Of a stretch of 57,657 bases of DNA, positions 16,622-26,775 are shown in pieces. The stretch is from a virus (Duplodnaviria; Caudoviricetes). Within the stretch, counting starts at the first letter, position 1. Each line of letters begins with the position of its first letter. A program made the position numbers and the translations under genes. The notes under the pieces are model-generated. The model was not told where the DNA came from and made no database searches. It saw only the letters and a list, made by a program, of their open reading frames with translations. The stretch covers positions 1 through 57,657 of IMG/VR virus record IMGVR_UViG_3300003332_000022; one strand, given 5' to 3'.

Positions 16622-17938
16622 ATGAAAATACCATTTTTCTCTAAAGCTAAACCAAAAACTATACAAAAGAAATCAGTTTCTTATGATGTTGCTCCTGATT
16701 CTTTTTTAGCTGCTATGTTTAATAGTGGTAGCTGGATTACCGCATCTCAGGCTATGAAGATGTATAGGAATACAGCTGCGGTTGCTACTTCTGTAGATAT
16801 GATAGCTGATTTGGTAAAACAAATTAAGCCTGTTATAGAAACAAATGATGGGAAATTTACTGATAAACATCCAATTTTAGATTTGTTAAAAAATCCTAAT
16901 TCTTTTGGTACATATTTTGATTTTATGGGTACTTTGTGTCGTGACTATTTACTTAAACACGATGCTCTTATATTATCCGCTGGTAATGTAAAAAGACCAC
17001 CTATTGAAATGTATCCTATTTCACTTCAAAATACGACTGTACAACAAGCTCCTGATGATTATCCTGGTTCTTATATAGTAACCAGAGGTGTCTATACTGG
17101 GAATTATATAAGGACAATTGATAAAAATAGAGATGCCCGCTTTTATGATTCTGTTCTTAAAGAATTGTATCATATTAGAGGTTTCTCATCCAGGGTTTTA
17201 AAGACAGAATCTGATTCTCCTTTACAAGCTGCTGCGATGGAAGCTAAACAGATAATTAAAGGTAAGTATCACAATGTTAAAATGTTAGAAAATGGCGGTA
17301 GGCTTTCATTATTGGTTACTTTTAATGATGAAGACTATATAGATGATGATGAGCACCAAACAAGAGTTCAAAGATTAAATGAGCAATACTCTGGCGCTGA
17401 GAATGCTGGAAAGATCGGTGTTATTTCTGGAGCTGATGTCTCTAATATTAAGGAGTTTGGGAAGTCAAATAAAGATATGGATTATGGTAACTTAGAAAGA
17501 GCAGCGTCAAACTCTATATATCTAAGGTATAACATCCCCTTGTCTTTGGTTACTATGGATGCTTCCACTTTCGATAATATGAAAACAGGCATATCTTTGC
17601 TTTATGATAACGCAGTAATTCCTACAGCGGTAGTTTTGTTTGCTGGTTTGACAAGGTTCTTATTACCAAGATATGGTATGGATCCAGGTAAAGAAAAGAT
17701 TACATATAATCCTGAGTCAATAGAACCACTTAAACAGCGGAAGTTAGATGAGCTTCAGCAAAGAAAGAAAATAGATATAGAAACAGTCAATGAACTTCGT
17801 GCTTCCATCCCAGGGAAAAAACCAATTGAAGGTGGAGATGTTTTATATCAGAAAAGTGGTATGTTGCCATTAGGTGAAAAGGAAGAAATAAACAACCCAG
17901 ATGAAGAGGATGATAATGAAAATATCGATGCCAACTAA
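16622..17938 (+). CDS. Portal protein (HK97-type)
   Basis: HPILDLLKNPN, LYHIR, SPLQAA, ENGG, TVNELRA...PIEGGD; follows terL. Confidence 0.9.
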   Translation: MKIPFFSKAKPKTIQKKSVSYDVAPDSFLAAMFNSGSWITASQAMKMYRNTAAVATSVDMIADLVKQIKPVIETNDGKFTDKHPILDLLKNPNSFGTYFDFMGTLCRDYLLKHDALILSAGNVKRPPIEMYPISLQNTTVQQAPDDYPGSYIVTRGVYTGNYIRTIDKNRDARFYDSVLKELYHIRGFSSRVLKTESDSPLQAAAMEAKQIIKGKYHNVKMLENGGRLSLLVTFNDEDYIDDDEHQTRVQRLNEQYSGAENAGKIGVISGADVSNIKEFGKSNKDMDYGNLERAASNSIYLRYNIPLSLVTMDASTFDNMKTGISLLYDNAVIPTAVVLFAGLTRFLLPRYGMDPGKEKITYNPESIEPLKQRKLDELQQRKKIDIETVNELRASIPGKKPIEGGDVLYQKSGMLPLGEKEEINNPDEEDDNENIDAN

Positions 17939-18992
17939 GATTGATGGTCATAAGACTTTCCCATTTGAGATAAAAGAATTCAAAGAGGATGGAGATTTTT
18001 TTACATTTGAAGGCTATCTTTCTACATTTGGAAATGAAGACAGGGGTGGAGATATAGTAGTCAAAGGTGCGTTTCAAGATTCTTTGAAAGAACATATGCC
18101 TTCTTTGTTATGGATGCATAAAACTGATGAACCAATAGGGGTATTTGATTCCTTAGAAGAAGATGATTATGGTTTATATGTTAAAGGAAGGATGCCTAAA
18201 GACGATGATTTCGTGCTTAAAAGGGTGATGCCCCAGATGAAAATAGGCTCTATTAAATCTATGTCTATAGGGTACTCAGCGTATGGAAGAGATGGAATAT
18301 CATATGAAAAAGACGTTCGTTATCTTAAAAAATTGTTTCTTTGGGAAGGATCTCTTGTTACAATTCCTATGAATGATCAAGCTAATTTAAAAACAAAAGC
18401 AGCTATGTCATTTAGTGATGATCTTCCTATTGCTCCTAGGCCAACTCTCTGGGATGAACTTCCTGCCCTTGGTAGAATCAGAGACTGGGCTGGGACAGAT
18501 AGTGAAGGGTTACAAGATCCAGAAGTACAAGAAAAATACAGACAAGCATTTTTGTGGTATGATCATGAAGATCCAGATGATCTTGGATATTATAAATTGT
18601 TGATCGCTGATATCATAGATGGTGAGCTGACAGTAGTACCCAGGGCAATATTCCAAGCAGCTGCTAGAATTAATGGCGCTCGTGGAGGAATATGGTTCTG
18701 GTTTGAAGAAGACAGGCCTAAAGTTATGAATACTATTGAAAAGTATTATAACAAAATGGGCTTGGCTAGTCCTTTTGGTAAGACTTTTCGGATTGATGAT
18801 TTTAAAGCCCACGATGAAAGGACTTTGGAAGAATTGTTCCATAATGGAGTAAAAGTTAGTAGCAAATCTGCTGTAAAGTTAGTCTCTTTCATAAAGCAGG
18901 GAGCTGACCGAGATGGTCAGACCAGCGTCAGTGTTGATACTGATTTGAATTTGACTTCTGTATTAGAATCACTCAAATCTTTTAATAAATAA
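17916..18992 (+). CDS. Prohead protease (HK97/S78) with extra C-terminal domain
   Basis: FEGYLSTFGNEDRGGDIV, LLWMH, SMSIGY, EGSLVTIPMN. Confidence 0.9.
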   Translation: MKISMPTKIDGHKTFPFEIKEFKEDGDFFTFEGYLSTFGNEDRGGDIVVKGAFQDSLKEHMPSLLWMHKTDEPIGVFDSLEEDDYGLYVKGRMPKDDDFVLKRVMPQMKIGSIKSMSIGYSAYGRDGISYEKDVRYLKKLFLWEGSLVTIPMNDQANLKTKAAMSFSDDLPIAPRPTLWDELPALGRIRDWAGTDSEGLQDPEVQEKYRQAFLWYDHEDPDDLGYYKLLIADIIDGELTVVPRAIFQAAARINGARGGIWFWFEEDRPKVMNTIEKYYNKMGLASPFGKTFRIDDFKAHDERTLEELFHNGVKVSSKSAVKLVSFIKQGADRDGQTSVSVDTDLNLTSVLESLKSFNK

Positions 18993-19006
18993 TAAGGAGA
19001 ATAATA

Positions 19007-20236
19007 ATGGCTGGTGAAAATGAAAAAATAGTTCTGGAAGTGAAAGAGGCTGTAGATGCAATGCGAAGTACTGTTGAGAAGTATGGTGCTGAATCTGCCG
19101 AGTTCAAAGAAATGCTGGATAAGACAGAAAAGGCGATGGAAGCTGACCATAAGGCTCATGAAGAGATGATGGTTAAGCAAGCTGAACAAGAAAAGAAAAA
19201 TGATGATCTGGAAGAAAGAGTCAAAGATTTTGAACTTCGAATGGCTCAAAAGGATTCTGATGTTAAAACTGATTATAAAGATAGTCTGGAATATAAATCT
19301 CTTTCTAAGTATTTTCAGTATGGCGAAGATGCTTTGGATGATGAAGAGCATACAGCTCTTAAGGCCAATAACAAGACCATGCGAATGGATGATGACACTG
19401 CTGGTGGTTATTTAACCACTACTGAATTTGATACTACTATAATCAAAAAGATTACAGAAGTATCAGCAGTTCGTCAATATGCAAGAGTCCGTTCAGTATC
19501 CAAAAAGACAATGGAAATCCCAAAAAGGGAATCCATCCCTACAGCAACTTATGAAGGTGAAGCTGCTGCTGGGGGTGATGACCAGTCTGCATATGGTAAT
19601 GAACAGTTGACAACCTATCGTCTGACTGTAACAGTTCCTTTTACTCAAGATCTCTTAGGAGATTCTGCTTTTGATCTGGAATCTGAGATTACAGGTGATG
19701 TAGCAGAGTCAATGGCTCAGAAAGAAGGAGCTATGTTTGTTAATGGGGATGGTGCTAATAAACCAGAAGGATTTTTGGTTCATCCTGATATTGTAGCTGG
19801 GGCGATTGATACTCAAACTACTATAACTCTTTCAGGAGATGATCTTCTGCTTCTGACTGGACAGTTAAAAGTAGGGTACAATCCAATGTATGGATTTAAT
19901 CGTGCTACACTTGCTTTCTTGAGAACTTTAAAAGCATCTACTTCTGGTACATATATTTGGCAAGCCTCATTGGCTCCAAATGTTCCTAATACCATCGGTG
20001 GTGAACCATATGCAGTTTTTAATGATATGCCTGATTATACTACGATTGGAAATTTACCTGTAATTTATGGTGACTTCAAACGTGGTTATACCATTACTGA
20101 TCGTACTGGTACTTTGATCATCCGAGATCAATATGCTAAGAAAAGACAAGCAATTATCGAAATGACTTTCCATCGTTGGAATACAGGGCAAGTAACTTTA
20201 GCTGAGGCATTTGTGGCTTTGGAAGTTAAGTCGTAG
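19007..20236 (+). CDS. Major capsid protein (HK97 fold, delta domain)
   Basis: Coiled-coil N-terminus, GGYL, F.NGDG..KPEG, YGDFKRGY.I.DR. Confidence 0.93.
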   Translation: MAGENEKIVLEVKEAVDAMRSTVEKYGAESAEFKEMLDKTEKAMEADHKAHEEMMVKQAEQEKKNDDLEERVKDFELRMAQKDSDVKTDYKDSLEYKSLSKYFQYGEDALDDEEHTALKANNKTMRMDDDTAGGYLTTTEFDTTIIKKITEVSAVRQYARVRSVSKKTMEIPKRESIPTATYEGEAAAGGDDQSAYGNEQLTTYRLTVTVPFTQDLLGDSAFDLESEITGDVAESMAQKEGAMFVNGDGANKPEGFLVHPDIVAGAIDTQTTITLSGDDLLLLTGQLKVGYNPMYGFNRATLAFLRTLKASTSGTYIWQASLAPNVPNTIGGEPYAVFNDMPDYTTIGNLPVIYGDFKRGYTITDRTGTLIIRDQYAKKRQAIIEMTFHRWNTGQVTLAEAFVALEVKS

Positions 20237-20265
20237 TAATTATTAACATTTGATTTTATTGTTTA

Positions 20266-20293
20266 ATCCTATCCTTTTCACTAAGGATAGGAT
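20266..20293. terminator. 11-bp stem-loop after the MCP gene
   Basis: ATCCTATCCTT-TTCACT-AAGGATAGGAT; weak U-tract, so it may be an RNA stabiliser. Confidence 0.5.
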
Positions 20294-20326
20294 ATTATAA
20301 AAGTAAATAAACATCTAGGAGGTGTT

Positions 20327-20749
20327 ATGAACAATGTACACGATCTTCACCACAAATCCAAGGCGCAAGTTGCTTTGACGTCTCAAGCTATTGCCACTGA
20401 CACCACAACTGTGGGAGCAACTATCGATACAGCGGGATTTGAAGGATTAGAATTTGTATTTCTTACCAAAACTTTGACTGATGGTGATTATGCAGTTGAT
20501 TTGTATGAAAGCGATGCCGCACTAATGACTGGGGAGACAATTGTTTCTGCGGAAGAGATGCTGGGCGATATTGCATTCACCGATGATGCAGATGACAATG
20601 CTGTTGCAAGAGTTGGTTATATTGGTAAGAAACGATATGTAAGAGCAAAAGTTGTTTCAACTAATACAACTACTGGAATTGATATGCTTTCAGGGGTTGC
20701 TCTTCTTTTCTCTCCAAAACATCAGCCTCAAGCTGCTCAGAATGGATAG
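20327..20749 (+). CDS. Putative capsid decoration/cement protein
   Basis: IDTAGFE...GYIGKKRYVR pattern of post-MCP beta-rich proteins; strong SD. Confidence 0.65.
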   Translation: MNNVHDLHHKSKAQVALTSQAIATDTTTVGATIDTAGFEGLEFVFLTKTLTDGDYAVDLYESDAALMTGETIVSAEEMLGDIAFTDDADDNAVARVGYIGKKRYVRAKVVSTNTTTGIDMLSGVALLFSPKHQPQAAQNG

Positions 20750-20770
20750 TTGATATCCTGAATCTTAATT

Positions 20771-20794
20771 GTGGTCTTTAAAAAGGCCACTTTT
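20771..20794 (+). terminator. Rho-independent terminator
   Basis: GTGGTCTTT-AA-AAAGGCCAC-TTTT. Confidence 0.6.
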
Positions 20795-20807
20795 ATAAAG
20801 AGGAACC

Positions 20808-21218
20808 ATGAAAGTTAAACTTTTAAAAACTGGATCATATTCATATTCTCCGATTGGTTTTCCAGTTATTGAGATTAAAGAAGAAGATGTTGGTAGTATA
20901 ATCCCTCTGAAAAAAGAATATGCCAATAGGCTTATTAAATTTAAATGTGCTGAAGAAGTTATTGTGGCTGGAGAAGAGCCAGAAGTGACAAAAAAAGAAG
21001 TGGTTCAAGTAGTAGAAGTTGAAGAACCTGAAGAAAATGAAGAAGAACTGACTAAAGAGGAACTGGTTATCTACCTTAATAAAATTATTAAAGGCAAAGA
21101 TGAATCAGAGCAAAAACAAATTATTCAAGATTGGGGTATCCTCAATCTGGATCACAAAGTAAGCAAAACAAAAAAAGTAGAAAATATGATTAATGATCTA
21201 GTTGACTTATCTGAATAG
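20808..21218 (+). CDS. Hypothetical head-associated protein
   Basis: Position, acidic linker. Confidence 0.6.
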   Translation: MKVKLLKTGSYSYSPIGFPVIEIKEEDVGSIIPLKKEYANRLIKFKCAEEVIVAGEEPEVTKKEVVQVVEVEEPEENEEELTKEELVIYLNKIIKGKDESEQKQIIQDWGILNLDHKVSKTKKVENMINDLVDLSE

Positions 21219-21226
21219 GCTAAACA

Positions 21227-21829
21227 ATGGATGATTTTTATACAGAAACCACCACACACGAATTCCCTTTGGGTTTCCCTATCAGATTTTTATCAGTTAA
21301 TCCATTAGCCTTTCCAGCAGTTCAAGATTGGGGAAGGGATATAGATTCAGCTGATGAGGAGCTTGTTAATTCATTGATAGCAGCAGTAACTGAGTTGTTT
21401 CAAAGTATGACAAATCGTATTTTTATTACTTCTGAATTTACAGGAAAATTTGCTAACTTGTGTTATTCTTCATATGAGCCATATCCATTTATTGAAATAA
21501 GGAGATCGCCATTAGTATCAATATCTGAATTGAGAGTAAATGGAGTAGCAAATACTGATTATGTTATAAAAGAATCAAGTGGTTTTGCTAGAGTCTTATT
21601 TACCACAACTCCAATTTTAGATGTAGAAGCATATCCTATTGAAGTTGACTTTGTTGCTGGATATGGAACTCAAGATCAAATTCCAGGCGATGTAAAAACT
21701 GCTTTGCAACAATGGGTTTTATTCTTTTATGAAAATAGAGGTGATGTATCTCCTGATGCAAAACAGACAATGCCTTTTGTGGTAAGACACATTCTTAAAA
21801 AATACCGAATTGTAAACACTTATGGGTAA
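21227..21829 (+). CDS. Head-tail adaptor (gp6/phiE125 gp8-like)
   Basis: VDFVAGYG...IPGDVKTA...FYENRGD...ILKKYR. Confidence 0.8.
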   Translation: MDDFYTETTTHEFPLGFPIRFLSVNPLAFPAVQDWGRDIDSADEELVNSLIAAVTELFQSMTNRIFITSEFTGKFANLCYSSYEPYPFIEIRRSPLVSISELRVNGVANTDYVIKESSGFARVLFTTTPILDVEAYPIEVDFVAGYGTQDQIPGDVKTALQQWVLFFYENRGDVSPDAKQTMPFVVRHILKKYRIVNTYG

Positions 21830-22208
21830 ACTCAACTTAAAAAGGAGAAGGTCAAGAAGGCCTCAAGTTGGAGATATGCGCATAAGAATTAGCATATACC
21901 AAAGAGACATACAATCGCCAACTTTTGGATCTGCTAAGTTCTCTCAAAAATATACTCTTATTGATACTGTTTGGGCAAGTCCAGAAACGACAAAAGGCGA
22001 AGGCTTATTTACTGGAGTTGAATTAAAGACAGAAGTTACAGATGTATTTAAAATTCGATATAGAGATGATGTTACCTCTGAAAATGTAATAAAATATAAT
22101 GGAAATATTTTTAGCATTCTATCAGTAGATGACATGGATAGAAGGAAAACATTTCTTAAAATATTCTGTAATGTTCTAGGTGACGAAGACCTGGAGGCAA
22201 ACCAATGA
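21822..22208 (+). CDS. Head closure protein (SPP1 gp16-like)
   Basis: GDMRIRISI, TVWA, FKIRYR, RRKTFLKIFC. Confidence 0.8.
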   Translation: MGKLNLKRRRSRRPQVGDMRIRISIYQRDIQSPTFGSAKFSQKYTLIDTVWASPETTKGEGLFTGVELKTEVTDVFKIRYRDDVTSENVIKYNGNIFSILSVDDMDRRKTFLKIFCNVLGDEDLEANQ

Positions 22209-22639
22209 TCAATATATATAGTACTGTAAAAAGCAAAAGAGTTATTAATAAATTGCTCAGAGCTGAAACGGAAACCAATAAAAGACTACACGATGCTCTT
22301 TGTGAAATAGGATCTGAGAATGTAAGACATGCTAAAGCATTAATGGCTGAAAAGAAATCAGGCATAGTATATAATCTAAAAGGAAGATTGCATAGAGCAT
22401 CAGCTCCTGGCGAGGCTCCAGCAATAAAAAGCGGAAGGATGCAAAGAAATATGTATTATAAAGTAAGTGGTCATACTGAATTAAGATTTGGATCAAAAGT
22501 TCCACATCTTAGATATACAGAATTAGGAACCAAATTTATGGCTCCAAGACCATTGCTTATAATGACAGCAGAAGACAGGCAAGGAATAGTTTATAATACA
22601 TTGAAAAATTATAAAATCAATCAATTCTTAAGCATATAA
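22205..22639 (+). CDS. HK97 gp10-like neck/tail completion protein
   Basis: HRASAPGEAPA..SG, ELGTKFMAPRP. Confidence 0.8.
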   Translation: MINIYSTVKSKRVINKLLRAETETNKRLHDALCEIGSENVRHAKALMAEKKSGIVYNLKGRLHRASAPGEAPAIKSGRMQRNMYYKVSGHTELRFGSKVPHLRYTELGTKFMAPRPLLIMTAEDRQGIVYNTLKNYKINQFLSI

Positions 22640-23757
22640 TGAAAATAGCTGATGTTGTTTCCCAAATGCAATTAGTCCTTCCAAAATATACTGATTATTT
22701 TGATGGAGATATTGGTGTATCATCTATAATTGCGACTGCAACTTTAGCAACAATTACAACTACCGCTGCTCATGGTTTAGCTACTGGTGACCCAATAACC
22801 ATTATAGAGGTTAGAAATCAAAATTCTTTATTAACTATTTCTAAAGATGGATTAGTTTATACATTTACTACTTCAGATTATCATGATTTAACATTAGGTT
22901 ATCCTGGATATGAAACTGTATTACTAGGTGGATTTATAGATCCTGCTTGGAATGGAAATTTTACACTAGTTGATGTTCCTAGCAGAAATACTTTTAAAAT
23001 AAGAACTACTAATTCACCTCCCATTGGTGAGGATAGTTTTCCACTTTCAATGCCTTATACTTTTGGTCTTTTACTAGATCACACAGAGCATTTAGATGAA
23101 AACAGAATAGATGGGATTAATGGAAGATATGCTTCTACAGTTATTGATTCTAATACCATAACTGTAAGTGGAACTTTTAAAGCAGGAAGTTATTCTTCAG
23201 GGCAATTAAAAAAGGCAGTTAGAATAGCAGGGTCAATAGATATAGAAAGAACCATTGAAGAATACACTCAACAGAGTTTAGAAGAATTATGGGCATTTGT
23301 CTCTATGCATGATGTTAGTGCTTCAAAAGACAGAAATGCCTATAATGATGCCGTTGCTACTTTCGCCAGAGGTGAAGATCCTAGGCTGAGACTCATCGAT
23401 GGGTTCTCTGTGTATTTAATTGGGAATGTAACTGGTGAAATAGCAGCGACTGACACCTTGGATATTATGCGCCATGATTTATTAGGGCCATTGCTAAAAA
23501 CATTATATGGCGTTAAGTTTGGTACTGGACTGTCAACAGAAAGTGATTTTAAATGCATACTCACTAGCCATAATCAAGTTTTTTATAATCGAGCAATATT
23601 AGTTTATCAATATGCTTTTGAATTTAGTTCAGATATTACATTAGATGATGCAGCTAATGAAGATGATACTCGTGCATTTTCAGAATTTGAGTACACCCAT
23701 GAATTTGGAACTGCTGATACTGAGTATTTTGAAGCAGATTCAAAATTACCTGAATAG
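22639..23757 (+). CDS. Tail terminator/neck protein with inserted beta-rich modules
   Basis: Position before the sheath; inserted HGLxxGD...NGxY/F modules. Confidence 0.6.
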   Translation: MKIADVVSQMQLVLPKYTDYFDGDIGVSSIIATATLATITTTAAHGLATGDPITIIEVRNQNSLLTISKDGLVYTFTTSDYHDLTLGYPGYETVLLGGFIDPAWNGNFTLVDVPSRNTFKIRTTNSPPIGEDSFPLSMPYTFGLLLDHTEHLDENRIDGINGRYASTVIDSNTITVSGTFKAGSYSSGQLKKAVRIAGSIDIERTIEEYTQQSLEELWAFVSMHDVSASKDRNAYNDAVATFARGEDPRLRLIDGFSVYLIGNVTGEIAATDTLDIMRHDLLGPLLKTLYGVKFGTGLSTESDFKCILTSHNQVFYNRAILVYQYAFEFSSDITLDDAANEDDTRAFSEFEYTHEFGTADTEYFEADSKLPE

Positions 23758-23763
23758 GAAATT

Positions 23764-23970
23764 ATGAAATCTAAAAAGAATATTGTTGCTTTTGAAAAAG
23801 TTAATTCTCGTAGAAAAATCAGAATAAACACCCCACTAGCAGGACATCTAGTTGGAGCTGTCATAGCCATCAAAGTTGATGAGAATAACACTCCTTTAGA
23901 TAGATATTGGAGAGACAGAGTAAAAGATTCGACAATTGATGGCTGTGTCGAATTTGTAGAGAAAGCATAG
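23764..23970 (+). CDS. Small tail protein (Mu gp38/DUF2635-like)
   Basis: DRYWRDRVKD motif, directly before the sheath. Confidence 0.6.
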   Translation: MKSKKNIVAFEKVNSRRKIRINTPLAGHLVGAVIAIKVDENNTPLDRYWRDRVKDSTIDGCVEFVEKA

Positions 23971-24024
23971 CATCTTAGCAATAGCTTTTTTGCTATTTAT
24001 ACTAATAATCAAAAAGGAGGCGTT

Positions 24025-25608
24025 ATGCCGATTTCTCAACCTGAAGTAACTTTTTCAATAATCCCAGCTTCACAATTAGCAGGAGTCGCTAGTCAAAGAG
24101 TTTTAGTAGTTGGTCAAATGGGTGCTGCTGGTTTGGCAACAGATGGAGCTTTGATTCGTGAATTCCCAAATGATGGATCTGAAGATGCTCAATTTGCAGC
24201 CACAAGTCACATAGCTGGATTAGTTAGAGCTTTTAAAGAAGAAAACAAAGTATCATATTTGGATGTTATCCCATTAGCTGATTCTGGAACAGGGGTAGCA
24301 GCTACTGCTGTAATAACATTGACATCTGGACCTGCTACTGATGGAGTTGTATTTTATGTTAGCATAGGATCTAAAAAAGAGTTTAGAGCAAAAGTAACAG
24401 TAACTGCACTAGACACCATTACTGAGATTGGGGATGCTATTGTTGCTGCTTTCGCATCCTATACCAAAAAGCCATTTACTCTTTCTAATAGTGCTGGAGT
24501 TGTAACCATCACAGCAGCAAACAAAGGAACATTGGCTAATGAATGGGGTATTGAAATTGAAGGAGATATTACAGAATCATCTGCATTCCCTGCTTCATTT
24601 CCAATTCCTTTCTTTATTCCTGGAGTTACATTGGCTCTTACTGGCTGGACAGGTGGAGCGAATGATCCAATATTAACTGGTATTCTGGATGTAGTTGGAG
24701 ATACAAGATATCAAACGATTATTTGGCCTTCTGCTTATCCTATTACAGAAGTTCAAGACCTTCTTGATGCGAGGTTTAATGTTTCTAATAATGTTCTTGA
24801 TGGAGTAGCCATCCAAACAAAAGTGGGGACATTATCAGCAGTAAAATCATATATAGCGGCAATCAATTCTCAATCTGTTGTAGTTGTTGCTCAAAAGGCT
24901 ATTTCAGAAGCACTTTATATTGGCCCTTCAACAATGGAATTTCCAGACATAATGTCTTCTCAAATATCTGCGATTAGAGCATTGCGAAAAACTCAAGGTG
25001 CTGTTCTTACTCGATATTTGACGACTGTTGCAGCAAGAGATCAATTTGGTGGAATAGCACTTGCTACTCTTCCTTATTTTAATACAGATATTCCAAACCT
25101 CTCTGTAGGAAAAATTCAACATGAATTTAACAGAGTGGATATTGCAGAATTGACAGCAAATGGAGCGGCAACTATTGGTCCAAATCAAGCATATAATGGA
25201 ACTATTTTTGGAGAGTTTGCAACCACATATCTAACTGATACTGCTGGTAATTCTGATGATAGTTATAAATTTTTAAACACTGTAGATGCCGCTAGTGTCA
25301 TCCGTGAATATTTTTACGCAAATTTTAAGTCTCGTTATGCACAAACTAGATTGACTGATGGAGATTTAGTTGAAGGTCGTGATATGGCAAATGCCGCCAG
25401 TATTAGAGCTTTTTGTAATAGGCTGTATAATGCTCTTGCTGATGAAGCCATTGTCCAGAAAGGAGTGGCTGCTAAAAAAGATTATAATCAAAATTTGGTT
25501 ATATCCATAGATGTCAGAACAGGAACAGCTACTATAAACCAAGCACCTCTTTTGGTTTCTCAATTTAGAGCTGCAATTGGAACAATTCAAATCAATTTTG
25601 GAGGTTAA
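24025..25608 (+). CDS. Tail sheath protein (Mu gpL-like)
   Basis: QRVLVVGQ, ITAANKG..AN, TGGANDP, TTY.TD.AG..D.SY. Confidence 0.9.
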   Translation: MPISQPEVTFSIIPASQLAGVASQRVLVVGQMGAAGLATDGALIREFPNDGSEDAQFAATSHIAGLVRAFKEENKVSYLDVIPLADSGTGVAATAVITLTSGPATDGVVFYVSIGSKKEFRAKVTVTALDTITEIGDAIVAAFASYTKKPFTLSNSAGVVTITAANKGTLANEWGIEIEGDITESSAFPASFPIPFFIPGVTLALTGWTGGANDPILTGILDVVGDTRYQTIIWPSAYPITEVQDLLDARFNVSNNVLDGVAIQTKVGTLSAVKSYIAAINSQSVVVVAQKAISEALYIGPSTMEFPDIMSSQISAIRALRKTQGAVLTRYLTTVAARDQFGGIALATLPYFNTDIPNLSVGKIQHEFNRVDIAELTANGAATIGPNQAYNGTIFGEFATTYLTDTAGNSDDSYKFLNTVDAASVIREYFYANFKSRYAQTRLTDGDLVEGRDMANAASIRAFCNRLYNALADEAIVQKGVAAKKDYNQNLVISIDVRTGTATINQAPLLVSQFRAAIGTIQINFGG

Positions 25609-25610
25609 CA

Positions 25611-25991
25611 ATGTCTGAAAGAGCATTAAGCAATCCAACAGTAGAAGTCAATGATGAGGTGATAGCCATTATCCCTAATTCACTTTCATATAAAAATGGA
25701 ATTGGGGATAAAGAGGCAAAAGCTGCTTCTTCAGGCGGTAATGCAATTTCAATTGTGATTACTGAAAATGCTGAAACTAAAATCAGCATGGTTAAATTCA
25801 AGATGTATAATACCGCTGGTAATTTACAGCTGGTAAAAGATTGGAGTTCTCTTTATTCAAATACCATTTCTATATCTGAGCACGAAGTATCTGAGTCATT
25901 TAGTGACATGGTTATTACCACAGAACCAGAGCGAGCTGTTGGCGCAGACGGTGAATTAGAAGTGGAATGGAAGGGCGCACCTAATCTATAA
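25611..25991 (+). CDS. Tail tube protein
   Basis: 126 aa, directly after the sheath; C-terminal GELEVEWKG. Confidence 0.8.
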   Translation: MSERALSNPTVEVNDEVIAIIPNSLSYKNGIGDKEAKAASSGGNAISIVITENAETKISMVKFKMYNTAGNLQLVKDWSSLYSNTISISEHEVSESFSDMVITTEPERAVGADGELEVEWKGAPNL

Positions 25992-26053
25992 TTTTAATAT
26001 CTATATCTTATTATACAAGTCTATTAGCAGCCTTAGAACACTGTTATAGGCTT

Positions 26054-26099
26054 TACCCTATACTAAGATATAGGTATTTTTTTAATCCTTTTAACAGCG
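26054..26099. repeat. Dispersed intergenic palindromic element, copy 2
   Basis: TACCCTATA-N6-TATAGGTA followed by ATCCTTTTAACAGC. Confidence 0.6.
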
Positions 26100-26146
26100 T
26101 TATTTTTATAAACCTTTGAAATAATTAACTTTTTTAATAACCAAAG

Positions 26147-26650
26147 ATGGAAAAAGAATATATATTCCAATCATCTGATCCTATAAAGTATAGTGTAAAG
26201 GGAAAGTTTGAAGAAACTGCCTCTGTTATATTTTCAGTTCCTAATATGGATGTGTTCGATGAAGTAGCAGATTTTGAGCAATTGTTTATGGGTTCTATAA
26301 TTTCTGCTGGAAATTTCGCAAACAAGGGAAATGATAAGACTCCAGAAGCAGAAAGTGGAAATACTATGGATCAGCTGAAAGATAACACTCCAAAAGCGAG
26401 TGAGATAAAAGTATTGATTCACCTTTCCCAAGAAGTAAAGGTGAAAGATCTTTTTAACTCTTTTAAAAAGATCGCATATAAAACTGGCAAACTTGATGAA
26501 TCTCAATTTATAAAGCCAAAACATTTTGATGGCTTATCCAGAGATGACTCTATTAGGATGCTTTGTGAATATGCTTCTTTTTTTACATTCCCCTCGTTAT
26601 TGGGGGGAGAGCAGAACGTAAAAGATGGTTCCGAGACATCTGCGACATAG
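26147..26650 (+). CDS. Tail assembly chaperone (G)
   Basis: Between the tube and tape measure genes; contains a slippery site. Confidence 0.75.
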   Translation: MEKEYIFQSSDPIKYSVKGKFEETASVIFSVPNMDVFDEVADFEQLFMGSIISAGNFANKGNDKTPEAESGNTMDQLKDNTPKASEIKVLIHLSQEVKVKDLFNSFKKIAYKTGKLDESQFIKPKHFDGLSRDDSIRMLCEYASFFTFPSLLGGEQNVKDGSETSAT

Positions 26651-26775
26651 TTAAGTTCTATGAAGGTGGTCTGCAGTTTGATGCTGCCTTCAAATTAAGT
26701 TATAGTATGATTCTTGATTTAAAAAGAGAAGCTGCTATAATGAATGAACAAATCAAAAAAGCCCAGGACAAATAA
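26602..26775 (+). CDS. -1 frameshift extension of the tail chaperone (GT product)
   Basis: In-frame G GGG GGA heptamer at 26602-26608; -1 frame open for 55 codons (RAERKRWFRD...AQDK) to TAA 26773-26775, overlapping the TMP ATG. Confidence 0.8.
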   Translation, partial: GGRAERKRWFRDICDIVKFYEGGLQFDAAFKLSYSMILDLKREAAIMNEQIKKAQDK

